This document shows positions 1 to 11,677 of a stretch of DNA of 60,000 nt, in pieces. A program made the translations under genes and the position numbers. The first letter of the stretch is position 1, and each line of letters begins with the position of its first letter. The DNA lies in assembly GCF_018977255.1 (NCBI RefSeq), contig NW_024704743.1, positions 41,418,001 through 41,478,000 on the forward strand. The letters run 5' to 3'. Origin of the DNA: Callorhinchus milii. Taxonomy: Eukaryota. The notes under the pieces are model-generated. The model had not been told where the DNA came from. It did no database searches and worked only from the letters and a program-made list of their open reading frames with translations.

Positions 1-125
1 GGCTGATACTCCAATGCAGTGCTGGGGAAACACTTTGATGGAGGTAACATCCTTTAGATGAGACATTAAGCTGAGGTCCCATCTGCCTGTTCAGGTGGTC
101 ATTAAAAATCCGATGACAATAAAGA
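1..125 (+). mobile_element. Old DeuSINE (SacSINE1/AmnSINE-like) internal fragment
   Basis: ggctgatactccaatgcagtgctg...gatgagacattaagctgaggtcccatctgcctgttcaggtgg resembles the DeuSINE body as I recall it; similar to copies at 35497 and 41985. Confidence 0.7.
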
Positions 126-130
126 GTAAG

Positions 131-256
131 GTGTTTTGAATGTGAGGACAAGGATCTTGAATTCGATTCACTGGGGGATAAGGAGATATTGGAACTGAGT
201 GAAGATGGGGGTGATGAGCTCACAGAGCCTGATGAAGAGAGTACTCAGGCTGCAGA
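131..256 (-). mobile_element. L2-clade LINE ORF2 C-terminal fragment
   Basis: Minus strand translates ITPIFTQFQYLLIPQ*IEFKILVLTFK, like HITPTLARLHWLPIPQRI.FKILVL in other L2 copies here. Confidence 0.7.
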
Positions 257-290
257 CCTGCACATTTGTTTCGTCACTTCGTTGTGACGA

Positions 291-315
291 TATAATATAA
301 TATAATATAATATAA
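291..315. repeat. (TATAA)n microsatellite
   Basis: Direct reading. Confidence 0.9.
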
Positions 316-659
316 ATCTCACCCTAGATCAGATGCAATTGTGCAATGTAATGATTTGTTTGTGGATGGAGAATCAGCATACAAGTTTTGTACAGTGCAG
401 AATACATGATGCATTTTTTTCTGCTATCAGCTCATACCCAGTGAGCCTTGTGACCAACACTGCGGAGTAATAAGAATAATTTGGACATATTGTCAACAAG
501 CTGCTTATTACCATAATATCAGGACAACGCATAATAGCCAAATCCAATGACTTACCATCGACGGATATAAAGCCCCTGATGCTTTTTCTCTACTTGAAAG
601 AATACAAGAAACTCCACCATATGACTAACACACAATTTGAAAATAAAATGGGATTTTTG

Positions 660-752
660 GATCCCACCCCCAGTTCAGTATTATCAAGTGTTTGGAGATG
701 TCCTCCCGGTGTGAAAGCTGCAATATAAATGCAAATTGTATTGTCTGTTGCT
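660..752 (+). mobile_element. L2 3' tail fragment
   Basis: gagatgtcctcccggtgtgaaagctgcaatataaatgcaaattgtattg matches the L2 tails at 4075-4140 and 49294-49360. Confidence 0.6.
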
Positions 753-1390
753 TGTGGAAGATTAGTTTAACTCAGTTAAACTGGTCCATCTGATGGTGCC
801 ATAAACTGTGAGAAGTTGATGCTAAACCTCCATTTCATGTGAGAGCTTGTAAATACCTGTCATTTATCCCCAATAATAATATATATGCAGAAATAGAGGC
901 AATGTGATGCTAACATCAGTGATGATTTTTCATGGCCTTTTATCTGCTCTGGCTGAGTGATGTATTTTTTGGGATCAGACAAAGAACTACATGGAATATG
1001 TCCAATAGGTGATAGAATATCCACAAGTAAAAATTGAAATCGAGCCAATAACTGTCTGAAATATAATGGACATTAAAAACAAACAGAAATTTACACGTAA
1101 AAAATTGAACTTCTGTGCACGATCACAAATAGCCTACAGAATTAAAGGTTAGTGGGGATAAATGGTTGGTATTTATGAGCTCTCTCACTCAATGGAAGCT
1201 CAGCACAGTTTATGGCACCGTCTAAAACCCTCGATTGTGTTAGTGCCATATTTTTCATTTAAGGGTTCCATTTGACTTACAATGACAGGAACACAAGTAA
1301 TTCTGGAATTCATGCAGGAACAAAAAGAAAGGCTTGTCAACAGTTTGGCCATTAGTCCTTCATTACTGATTTGAAGCAAAAGAGGAGAGA

Positions 1391-1559
1391 AATAATAATA
1401 ATAATCCTTCCATTTGACATAGCACTTTATCTTGTCTTCGAGATATCTCAAAGTACTTCACAGAATATACTGTAAAGTGAATTGACCGTATATTTTGTGG
1501 GCGAAACGCGGCAGCCAATTGCAGACAGCAGTGTCCCACAAACAGTCCTGGATTGAGTA
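1391..1559 (-). mobile_element. 5'-truncated chimeric SINE (3' half)
   Basis: (AAT)n tail plus Deu-like body; closely similar to the 8839-9160 family. Confidence 0.9.
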
Positions 1560-1605
1560 TTTTATTTTTATTTTATTATTTTATTTTATTTTTATTTTAT
1601 TTTAA
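1560..1605. repeat. (TTTTA)n microsatellite
   Basis: Direct reading; lies in the SINE's A/T-rich linker. Confidence 0.9.
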
Positions 1606-1689
1606 ATTATTAGTATTTTATTTTTTACATTTATTTTTTAAATACGTGAAAAGTCTTAGCCAATACAAAGTTGTAGTTTGCAAATGTAC

Positions 1690-1987
1690 ACCATTTTAAA
1701 TGGGGTTGAAAAAGTAAACCCAGATCAATATTTTAGGATATATCATGAGAGTATAACAAGACAACTTAGGTTTAGGTAAAGAGCAATTTCAGGACAGATA
1801 CCAAGATTTTTTTTTCTTCATGCAGAAAGTAATCAAAAACTGGAACAGTTTGCCAGGAAAGGTGGTAGAGACGAGGACACAAGAACCATTTAAAAAACAG
1901 CTTGATGGAGTGATGGAAGGATAGTAGGGTGGATGTTCTGGAGAGGTGAGAAGGGTCTTGTTCATCCAGACTAATCTTGTGATCTTA
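1690..1987 (+). mobile_element. CR1 LINE 3' fragment
   Basis: Encodes FFMQKVIKNWNSLPGKVVETRTQEPFKKQLD, the CR1 ORF2 C-terminal motif, followed by 3' UTR. Confidence 0.85.
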
Positions 1988-3059
1988 TAAATATTTTCTG
2001 CAGTTTGTATTTTCTTCAAACTGTAGGAAATTAGCTTCTTTTACATTTTATTTCAAACTGCCTAACAGATAGTTCTGTGCATTACGGAAAGCATATATCA
2101 TAGGAAGTAATCCTTTCCCGCAGAGGGTGTTGCAATTTGCGCTGAGAATCATGAAACCAAGCATTACATCAGTGCCCGTAGATTTTTACTGAATCACTAT
2201 TCTTAGTGGACATGCAGCAAGAGTAGGTAACCTATATCTATGACATTCACTCCAGCAGATTTCAAGTCATTTGAAATCTGCAATTCAGACTTGTAGATTT
2301 GTTATCCCTTTGAGCAAAGCAATTGCATTTTTTCACCTAAATGGAAAAGAGAATAATAGGCGAAAAATAAATATTCCTTACAACATTTTGGAACTTGAAA
2401 GGTCAAATGAATCATTTTGTAACACAATTAGAGAACAATTAACTCATAGGTGCATTTTAATTACAAACTCCACTGCACCAGAGTTACAAGAGGTGAATCA
2501 AAGGATTAAAACCAGTTGTAGTGCTTTAAGGCTTCTATAAATGCTTGAGTTAGAATTCATTAGTCAATAGATCCTTATATGTGTATTTATCAATTCTCAT
2601 TCACATTTGTAAATGCATTTCCAAATCCTTTTGTAAAGAGAAAACAGAAAGAGTAGAACTGTTGTGCTTGAAGGGCAGTGTAATAAAGAAAGGCAGCACA
2701 TAAATATTGGATGATAGTGTGTCTGCGGGATGCTATAAGTATGATTTCTAATGATTTTCATATTTTTGCTCTTTCCCCTTTTCTTGCTGTTTCTCCATTA
2801 TGCTGCTTCCTGCGGCTGAGAACATAGCTGCAGACATGGTGGGTTGCTCCCTACGTTTGGCACCCTTTAACAATGTTACAAAATCTCATTATAAGAACAT
2901 ATCTTAAATTGCGATACCATCATCACCCCTTCCATCGTGAGCTTTCTGTTAATATTTACCATAATTAAGTTAACTAATTCCTGAATAATCCGTGAAAATG
3001 AATCAGGATGATTTCCCCTAGGATCTTTCTTCCTGTACCTGTTGCCTCCACTCAGTCAA

Positions 3060-3365
3060 CTCAAACTTACTGCACATCCCCCGTCCCCTTTGCACCAACA
3101 TTGAGAGCCAAGCCTTCAACTGCAACCCCTCCCCAACCCCTGGAACACCTCTCTACCCCTCCATCTTGCCCCTGCCTCCTCTATCTATGTCCAATCTTGC
3201 CTTAAAATCTACCTTGGTGACAATGCTAATGGTCACCTCCTTAATTCCTCCACTTGTCTTTCTAGCTTGCTTGGGATCCAATGTTGTCTTTGTGAAACAC
3301 TGTGAGATGTGATCCTACGTGTACATGAAGAGTGCTATGTAAATGCAAATATCTGTCATTGTTTC
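3060..3365 (+). mobile_element. Degenerate L2 3' end
   Basis: C-rich region (gccttcaac...ctggaac) ending tgaagagtgctatgtaaatgcaaat. Confidence 0.65.
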
Positions 3366-3464
3366 TCCTTTCATGGTATCTTAACGCCTCCCCATAGAGA
3401 TGGTCTCTGTAACTCACATTGTAGGGAGCGATTGATGCAAACCTCATTCTGGCTTTCAGTCAAA

Positions 3465-3680
3465 CAGTGGGTCAAGAGGTCAGGCTTGTGAAGGGCAAGC
3501 ACCAAAAAATATTTATTTACAAAGACAGCTATTGCCATTTGGAACAGTTTATCAGAAAAGATGGTGGCAGCCAGGGCTCACCCTCATTTAAGAACAAGCT
3601 AGATTCTGTAATGGGAAGATATGTATTCTAGACAGGTGAGAGCAAAAGATCGTCTTCATCTATCCATTGTGCATTTGTGA
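3465..3680 (+). mobile_element. Degenerate CR1 3' fragment
   Basis: YLFTKTAIAIWNSLSEKMV-like coding remnant plus a 3' UTR like that of 1690-1987. Confidence 0.7.
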
Positions 3681-3852
3681 TATAAACCAGATAAATGACA
3701 CAAATCTTGAATGAAAACCATCTTCTGAAATGTAAAAGCTGTTGTTTATTTGCAGTACAAGTAAAGAGCTATGTTATGTTACTGTCTGTTTGTCTTATTC
3801 CATACTGTACATACTTATTCCATACTGTTCACGCACTGTATGGAATAACCGA

Positions 3853-4140
3853 CCCACCCTACCAACGGTGGCCAGGCTTTCAGCCTCTCTGCCCCCACGC
3901 TCTGGAACTCCATCCCACTGTCCCTTCACCTCACTTCCTCCCTTGCTTCCTTCAAGGCCAGTCTCAAGACCCTTCTCTTTGACCGTGCCTTCGGTCTCCC
4001 TCCCACCTCTCTGCCTTCCCTCATCCCTATACCACCCCTCCCCCATGCTCAGGCCCCAACATCTGACTGTTCAGCGCTTTGGGATGTCCTCCTGATGTGA
4101 AAGGCGCTCCATAAATGTAATTTTGTTGTGTTGTTGTTGT
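3853..4140 (+). mobile_element. L2 3' end
   Basis: GGQAFSLSAPTLWNS coding remnant, pyrimidine-rich UTR, tail gggatgtcctcctgatgtgaaaggcgc...(TTG)n. Confidence 0.9.
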
Positions 4141-4872
4141 AGATGGTATCTTTGGCAATGAGGGCTGTTAAAGTCTAGATTGGCACCACATGCTGTAACA
4201 CAATGGAATACCATGGACACTTAAAGAGATTTGTCAGGTATTAGATGCTAATACACAATAAGTGAAATAACTAATTCTCAACTGGCTATCGATTCAGCAG
4301 AAAGCTCATTCAAAGCCTGTTGGGAGACAAATAGGTATTAAAATTGTAACCTGAGACTTTAGTCAATTAGTGCGTTGCAAGCCTCAAAATAAAACATGGC
4401 TAAGAGGATAGACAGAAGCTTCCCCTGAGCACAGAAGATTTTTATTTAAGCTGCTATGTACCCTTTTGAGGTATGTAAAGAAAAGTATGAATGATTACTG
4501 TTGAATACTGCTTAATTCCTACAGCTTCATCTTCACCCCATCTGAGTAATTGTGCCACATACAGTATGATAACTGATCCTTACATCTCGATTTACTGTAA
4601 AGTGAAGTGAAAGTGTAATTTGTAGACAAAAGCTGCAGTCAATATGAATACAGTATTGTCCCACAAGTACGCTTGAAGTGAACGACCAATTCTTTCTTCC
4701 TATCTTAGGTTTATGATACATTACAGTACACTTAGGTCTGATGCGAAGTTCAGTCTTTTTGATTCCAATTAATGTTGGGACATTCAATGTTGAAATTCGC
4801 TGTTATTGAATACTGATAAAAATCTGTCAGATCAGTGGTTACCATTATGTTTTGTTTTGAATTGTGGTGACT

Positions 4873-4937
4873 ATAATAATAATAATAATAATCCTTGCAT
4901 TTGATATAGCGCTTTTCACGTCGGAAGGACGTCCCTA
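4873..4937 (-). mobile_element. Chimeric SINE, tail only (young type)
   Basis: (AAT)n ccttgcatttgatatagcgcttttcacgtcggaaggacgtccc. Confidence 0.85.
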
Positions 4938-5499
4938 TGATAAATAATGTAGATTTATCCCAAATGACAAAGGTAGATTTTAACCCGGATAACTTTTGTT
5001 TTAACACCTCATTAACCTGGATTTAAACATATCTTATACAAATGGGATGAAACACTCATTTGTCATCCACTTAAAGGGACTTGTTTTAAATGAGTGTGGG
5101 TACTTTATTTACAGCTTGCATAGATTTATAGACAGTCTTGAACTTTAAGCAGTATTCTTATGATGTTAGAGTTAAGTCACTTTGTAAGAGGAAAATAAAG
5201 GAAGGTTTGTAGGGTGGTTGTATGAATCAGATTTGTCTCATCTTGCCTACTGTATCTCTTCACTCCCTCTATCCCACCATCGATTTTAAGCCTTCAGCCA
5301 CTTTCGCCCCAATCTGTTGAACTCTCTCTCAAAAGTTCCTTCTTTCCTCCCTGGTTTTGATGCCTTCTTAAGTATCTAATTTGACTTTATTTGGTCAACA
5401 TCCTCAAATTCTCCCACCTTCCCTGCTTGCACAATGCAAAAACAATTTGAGACATTCATTTTACATGGAAGATGCTGTATAAGTACAAGTTGTTTTTTG

Positions 5500-5797
5500 G
5501 TTGCCAGACAGCGATATCAATGACAAGCTGTGTGGTTTTAGCTGGCTGGACTCCAGCAGTAGCCCAACACACACTCTGAGGTCCCCAAGCCTTAGCTCTT
5601 GCCAAACTGTGCCTAATACTTTCCAGAATTAAGCAAGCAGGATGCAACCCTCCAGGAATAGAGTACGCAATCCATTCCAAAAATCTATCTTTCATATGCC
5701 CATGTGCATACATATAATTCTCATTTTGGTTTGGATATTCTTAAGCATGGTGATGGGTTTCCACATGTGTCAGACACCCAGCTGACCAAAACAAAAG
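5500..5797 (+). mobile_element. Unclassified ~300 bp interspersed repeat (family U1)
   Basis: Homologous to 11425-11568, 19437-19692 (-) and 51695-51905; ends in a GTCAG-N8-CTGAC hairpin and A-rich tail. Confidence 0.8.
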
Positions 5798-5996
5798 CTA
5801 CATCTGAACTGAGAGTCATAGATACTCTGAGACTAGGTCCCCAGAAAGGAAATGTCTTCCATTTGTCAACATTGACATTACATAATTCATCTTCAGATTG
5901 AAAACCAGTTTTGATCAATATCTTGACTGTTTTAATCAATATCAATATTGTGTTTTGATCAATATCTTTTCAGGTATTGGTTTTCAGGTATTGGTT

Positions 5997-6080
5997 TTCA
6001 GGTATTGCCTGACCTGCTGAGTTTTCCCAGCTCTCTCTGTTTTTGTTTCAAATTCCAGCATTTGCAGTATTTTGTGTTTA
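5997..6080 (+). mobile_element. Penelope-type shark repeat fragment
   Basis: tgcctgacctgctgagttttcccagctctctctgtttttgtttc, near-identical to 15168-15210. Confidence 0.75.
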
Positions 6081-6654
6081 GATATTTTTCAGCTATTAGT
6101 TTCTCTGGAATTGTAGAAGTCCAATCAACTTCTCTCAAGCTGCAAAGTGAAAAACAATAGATCGAAAAATACTTGGGAGAAATAGTCAATTATCAACAAA
6201 TTCTCTGCCGGCTTTTTGAGGAAAACAATTTGGCCATAAATCTAAATGAAGTTGACCATTCAGACTGACAGAAATTTAGCTAAAGCCTAGATTTACACCA
6301 AAATACAATTTCCTGCTTGCCAAAAAACAGGCGGAGAATTTATTAACACCTCACAATTTCCCTCAAGTGGTTTCACAGCAATTGTTTTCCTCCCAGTCTC
6401 AAGAATTGCCGAAGTAGCATCTATTAAGAGTGAGAGCCAAGGAGAGCAAGAGTCAGCTGAATCATCTACCATGACTGACTCCGTTTGTCTTGGACAAAAT
6501 TCTGATCCACTACACAAAATATGGAGTCAAACTGTACTGCTTTCAAAGCACAATGAAAAGCATACTTGTCCTTAAAAAAAAACAGTGTGTTTATATTGTA
6601 AACAACTGTATATAGTTTTCCCACTGTAAACATTCAAATTGTGATATTTCTGAA

Positions 6655-7120
6655 GATATTAAGTTCCAAAGCATTGCCGCCTGTATGCTCATCTGCACCA
6701 AACTCTGCATGTCCATCACCCCAATCCTCGCCAGACTCCACTAGCTTCCTGTCTCTGAATTAATCGACTTCAAGAACCCAACCTAACATACAAATAGTTT
6801 CACACCCTAGCATCTACCTATGTCTCTGATCTCCTTGTACCACAATAATCCACTCACTCCCCACTCTCAGTTGCCAGGCCTGATGCCACCTCCATAACAC
6901 CATCAGTGATTGAGCTTTCAGTCACTGTGCCCCAACCTCTCGAACTGTCTGCCTCTATCCCTCCAACTCACTCCCTCTATCTATCATCAAATCCCACCTA
7001 AAATCTACCTCTTTGACCGTGCATATGGTCACCTCCCCCTTCCCTCTTCCTAGCTTGGCGTCCAACTGTGGAGACATAATCCTACTTGAAGGGCACAATG
7101 TAAATTCAAGTTGTTGTTGT
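6655..7120 (+). mobile_element. L2 3' fragment
   Basis: ITPILARLH*LPV coding remnant and L2 tail ending (TTG)n. Confidence 0.85.
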
Positions 7121-8838
7121 TCCTTAATAAAGGAACAAGCTTAAATTATGATTTGAAATATTCCCTCCCCACTGTCACCTTAATAAAGGTAGCTCCATTG
7201 TTGACTGGAAGTGCTGTGAGCTACGGAATTGATCTCCTCTCAGTGAGACTGTTGATTTGCACCCCAGGATTAGTCTCCATATGGTGCTTTAAAGGATTTC
7301 ATGTATTTGAGTTAATAATGAAAGGCTCCAAATCCAGAATCTAATAGGGACCACAGAAGAATTTCAGGAATCAGGCCACCACTTTATTTGTAGCTTCCAG
7401 CAACCACATGTGTAAGGCAGGCTGTGATCGCCCCTCTGTTTTTGTTCTTGGGCACACAATATCATCCAAACTCAATAGTCAACTCAAAAAAGGTAAGAAC
7501 ATGGAAGTCCTGGAATAGCAAAACAATATTTTTATAAAACAAATCTCATCATCCATTTGGCCTTACATAAAAAAGATTATTTTTCAAAAAGTCCCTACCA
7601 GATAAATTGATTGTATAGGTTTTAATAATTAGTCATTAAAAGATTTCAGCGAAACAAAATGACATTTGTACCCTCTGCTGTTTTTGGCAGTCGCTGTGAA
7701 TTCCAATGCTTTACATTTGTGTTTCCCAATTGCCACAGCTTCATCCAATTAATTTTAGTTCAATAAAGGTTCTGGATGTTAAAATCCTCATGGCTTAATT
7801 TTCCTCAGTGACTCCTGGGAAGGTGACCTTGAAGCTGCATTATCTACACAGCTCAGGACGTACAGACGTTTCGGTATTTTAGCTGTATCCTCATGGGCAC
7901 AGATCTGTTCAAAATAGCAAACATTTTGGGGATCACAAATTTCTGGGCCACTTGTCTGAATTAAAATTAACCTTTTTGTTCGAGACAGAGGCATCATAAA
8001 TGTACGGATCTGATCTGTGTGCTCCTTAACGGGATCGAAGAACCCCTCAGAATTCAGAGTCTGTCTTTGTCAAGCAATTCTTAGCAAAGACACATTTTGT
8101 ATATGAAAGGCATTAGATAAGTGTAACATTTTGCTTAAGTGTAAAATGTTTTGGTCTTGCTTGCAATTCACAAGCCCAGAAAAAAGCTTTTTGGGGTTTC
8201 TTCATAAATAGTATTATGCCAGAGTCCCTGAAAAAGCTTATATGGCATTTTCACTGTTCAAAAATAATTGTCACTCGATCAGAATCAACATGCCCCATCT
8301 AGTACTTTTAAATGGGGTTTTGGTCCTATTGCTATTTAGAAGTTGAGGGGTACTTCAAAGAGCATTATAATGTTGTTTCCTAAATAAGGAATGGAATTTG
8401 TTTAAGAATATTATTAACTGTCATTGGTAAGTTGACAGACCTGCCAGAGTTCTATTACAGTGAGTGAAAGTATGAAATGAAAATGCAACGATTTAGATAT
8501 GATGAGGGACAACACAATAGAAAATACAAAATTACATTTGTAAAGCGTCTTTCATGTCAAGAGAATGTCCCAAAGCGCTGGACCTGTTTGAACCTGAAGA
8601 TGAGCTCTGTTGCTGTTATTTCCAATTAGGGAAAATTGTGTTTTGTTGCCAGTTCATAAAGTTAACGAACATAAGCATGGGGAAAGGGCAGGTTTTCTGA
8701 GAGGATTGCTCTGAAAAGGTTCATCTCAGATATAATAGCCTTTTTTCTGTGCTGTGAATTTTTATGGTTCTGTAGTATTGATTTGGGTAATTTTTCATGT
8801 AACAATGATGACTGATGTGGCATCAAATCTGCAAATCT

Positions 8839-9160
8839 GTGGAGTCCTGTAGCTCAGTGGTTAGAGCACTCGCTTTGCAAGTGAGAGACCTGAGTTCAAT
8901 TCCAGGCAGGGCGAAACCTTGGGCAAGTTTCCTTACTCCACACGCCCAATAATAATCCCTCCTCAAACCAAAAACAATAATAAAATTGGTCATTTTCAAT
9001 CTACGACTGTTTGTGGGATATTGCTGTGCGCAATTGGCTGCTGCGTTCACGCACAAATATACAGTCAATTCACTTTACAGTGTGTTCTGTGAAGCACTTT
9101 GGGACGTCCTCCCGACGTGAAAAGCGCTATATCAAACGCAAGGATTATTATTATTATTAT
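8839..9160 (+). mobile_element. Full-length tRNA-Ala-derived chimeric SINE, short (young) form
   Basis: A box TAGCTCAGTGG, TTTGCAA anticodon loop, B box GTTCAATTCC, CCTTGGGCAAGT, Deu-like tgtttgtggga..ttgctgtgcgcaattggctgc, L2-like tail, (TTA)n. Confidence 0.95.
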
Positions 9161-9272
9161 AAATGGAAAACAGTTCAAACATTAGACTCAAATTCTGATG
9201 TTTCTTAACTGTTTCTTAACAGATTCAATGTGAAGTATTCTGAAACATCATAGTTTTCACTGCAGTTAAATT

Positions 9273-9524
9273 GTGGAGTTCTGTAGAGTATTGGATAGTG
9301 CACTTAATAATCGCTTAACAATTTTTTTTAAAGTAATTTGGCCACTCAATCCACGATTCTTTGTGGGACATTGCTATGCACAATTGGCTGCTGGATTTTG
9401 CCCACAAAATATACAGTCAAATTCACTTTGTAGTATATTCTGTGAAGCAAGATGACTTGAAGATGTGATAAGATGCTATATCAAATGCAAGGATTATTAT
9501 TATTGTTATTATTATTATTATTAT
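9273..9524 (+). mobile_element. Internally deleted chimeric SINE
   Basis: gtggagttctgtag head start, then the 3' half and (TTA)n tail. Confidence 0.8.
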
Positions 9525-9566
9525 CAACCAGCATAGGACATGCAAAAACAGAGTTTATTGTATCAT

Positions 9567-10170
9567 GACCCTCATCCACGCATTCATTACATCTAGGCTT
9601 GACTACTCTTAACTTCCTGCTGTCGGCGTTCCCAACTCTTCCCTCCACAACCTGCAGATTCAGAACTCGGCAGTTCGTGTCCTCTCCCGCACCAGGCGTC
9701 GTGATCCTATCACGTCCATCCTCGCCCGACTCCACTGGCTCCCCATCCCCCAGAGGGTAGAGTTCAAAATCCTCGTCCTTGCCTTGAAAACCCTCCATGG
9801 CCTTGCTCTTCGCTATCTCTGTGACCTGCTAACTCCACATTGACCTGTCCACTCCCTCTACTCAGCAGGCTCCAGCCTGCTCCATGGCCCCCGCACAGCC
9901 CACCCCACCATTGGCTGTCGGACCTTCAGCCTCTCTGCCTCCACCCTTTGGAACTCCATCCCACAGTTGCTTCGCCCCCCCTCCCTTGGCTCTTTCAAGA
10001 CCTGTCTCAAGGCCCTCCTGTTCGAACGTGCCTTAATCACTTTCTTATCCTCACTGCCCTTCACTATTCCTGACCCAAACCCCTGGTCAGGTCCAAATCC
10101 CTGATTGTGCCTTTGGACATCCTCCCGATGTAAAAAGCACTATACAAATGTATTGTGGTGTTGTTGTTTG
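9567..10170 (+). mobile_element. 5'-truncated L2 LINE
   Basis: TLIHAFITSRLDYS, then QNSAVRVLSRTRRRDPITSILARLHWLPIPQRVEFKILVLALKTLHGLA; frameshifted; L2 tail. Confidence 0.95.
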
Positions 10171-11159
10171 CATTGTCATGAGAATGAGGTTGTGTGGGCG
10201 TGAAAATGTCACACTACGGCAAGGAAAAGGTGGGTTACTGGGGTTAGAGTTTAGTCATGCTGTTCTGGCAAAGTAAAGGAACCTTTAGTTTCCAATTGTC
10301 CTGGCCTAGGTATGACTTGGGAACGTTTCAAATCTTCCGTCAAATTCCACGGTGCATTGAGAAGAATTCACTTATGTCCTTACAGCAGATCTAATTGTTT
10401 CAACTCTCAGAACAAACTACTGTATGTTCATGAAATAACAGCTAAAAGAGAAATATTCTGTGGCACTGCACTGACTTATTCTTTTTTTAAAAAGAAAATC
10501 ACCTTTTTTGTTCATCCTGCTTTTGAGCTCTTTACCCCAGGTCCATTATGTATTTTTAAATAAAGTTATCTAAAAATATTATTTCACAGCACATTCCACA
10601 GGTAACCTTGTCTATTCTGCTAGAATCCATGTGTTCAAAAAGGTTAACTGTGGGACTGTAGGTGATAACATTTTGGAAATGTTTGAATGCCTTGACAGGA
10701 CAGTATAACATGTTTGGTGGACTATATTCAGAGTAGGGATAATACTTTGAAGACCTCTGCACTGAACCACACAGCATTGTGTCTTTCAAGGAACACATTT
10801 CAGGCACTTTTGCTGAATCAGGAATTACATAATTTATATATATTACATTTTATCATCTTGTAAAATGTGGTTCGGGTGGATGAAAGGGCTATCTTTCAAA
10901 TAAACCTTTGAATATTTTTAATGGCAGTTTGCCTATAAATGCGCTGTCATTGTACTTACCAGTAATTCCTATGAACCTCTTTTGAGATGTCCTTCTGATA
11001 TGAAAGGTGCTACATTAAATGCAAGGATTATTATTTATTATTAAGCAATTGATAACCCTTTAGTTCTAATCCATGAGTTTTTGTTAGTACAATGTGGTAG
11101 GATTTTCCAAAACATTTTACATACTTACAATGTTACTATCATTGACGGAAATGGTGTAG

Positions 11160-11677
11160 TTGTCCTTGCATTTCATGCATCCGCAGGATTTACTGTAAAC
11201 TGTACTGACTCGGTATTTTGTAGGCAAACATGGTGACTAATTTGCGCACAGTATTATCTCAAAACAGACATGAAGTGAATGGTCAGTTTTATTGGGGGAT
11301 TCTGGGCCAGTACACTCTCTTTTCTTTATGAAAAGTCCTATCAGATTTTTAACATGTGTCTGAGCAAACAGACAGGACCTTGACTGGTTAACCCAGACAG
11401 GTTAACATTTCATCGGAAGGATGTACACCAGCAAGATACATACCTTCAGGGAGAGAGTGTGCATTCTTTGTTCAGCTGGTACGCATGGTGCTCTTATTTT
11501 GGTTTGGATAATCTTAAGGACAATGATGGGTTTCCACCTGTGTCAGACAACCCACTGACTAAAAATAATCAGAAGGTCGGCCTCAACCCAGTGAGTTCAA
11601 AGTCCCAACATCGGGCTTGAGCTCACAACTTACCGATTCAAAGGCAAGAGAGTTACCGACAAGGTCAGGCTGACACC
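11160..11677 (-). mobile_element. Old DeuSINE, interrupted by family U1
   Basis: Head on the minus strand (gtcagcctgacc...actctcttgcctttgaatcgg) at 11600-11677 and Deu body at 11160-11420. Confidence 0.7.
11425..11568 (+). mobile_element. Family U1 3' part
   Basis: ttttggtttggataatcttaagg...gatgggtttccacctgtgtcagacaacccactgactaaaaat. Confidence 0.8.

Noticed and set aside
225..292. Hammerhead-like pieces (CTGATGA on plus; hairpin plus GAAAC on minus)
   Set aside because: The core boxes lie on opposite strands and never form a complete motif; the CTGATGA lies in an L2 remnant
556..624. Possible 69-bp minus-strand exon (AG...GTAAGT, open frame)
   Set aside because: No recognisable protein and no partner exons; needs RNA-seq
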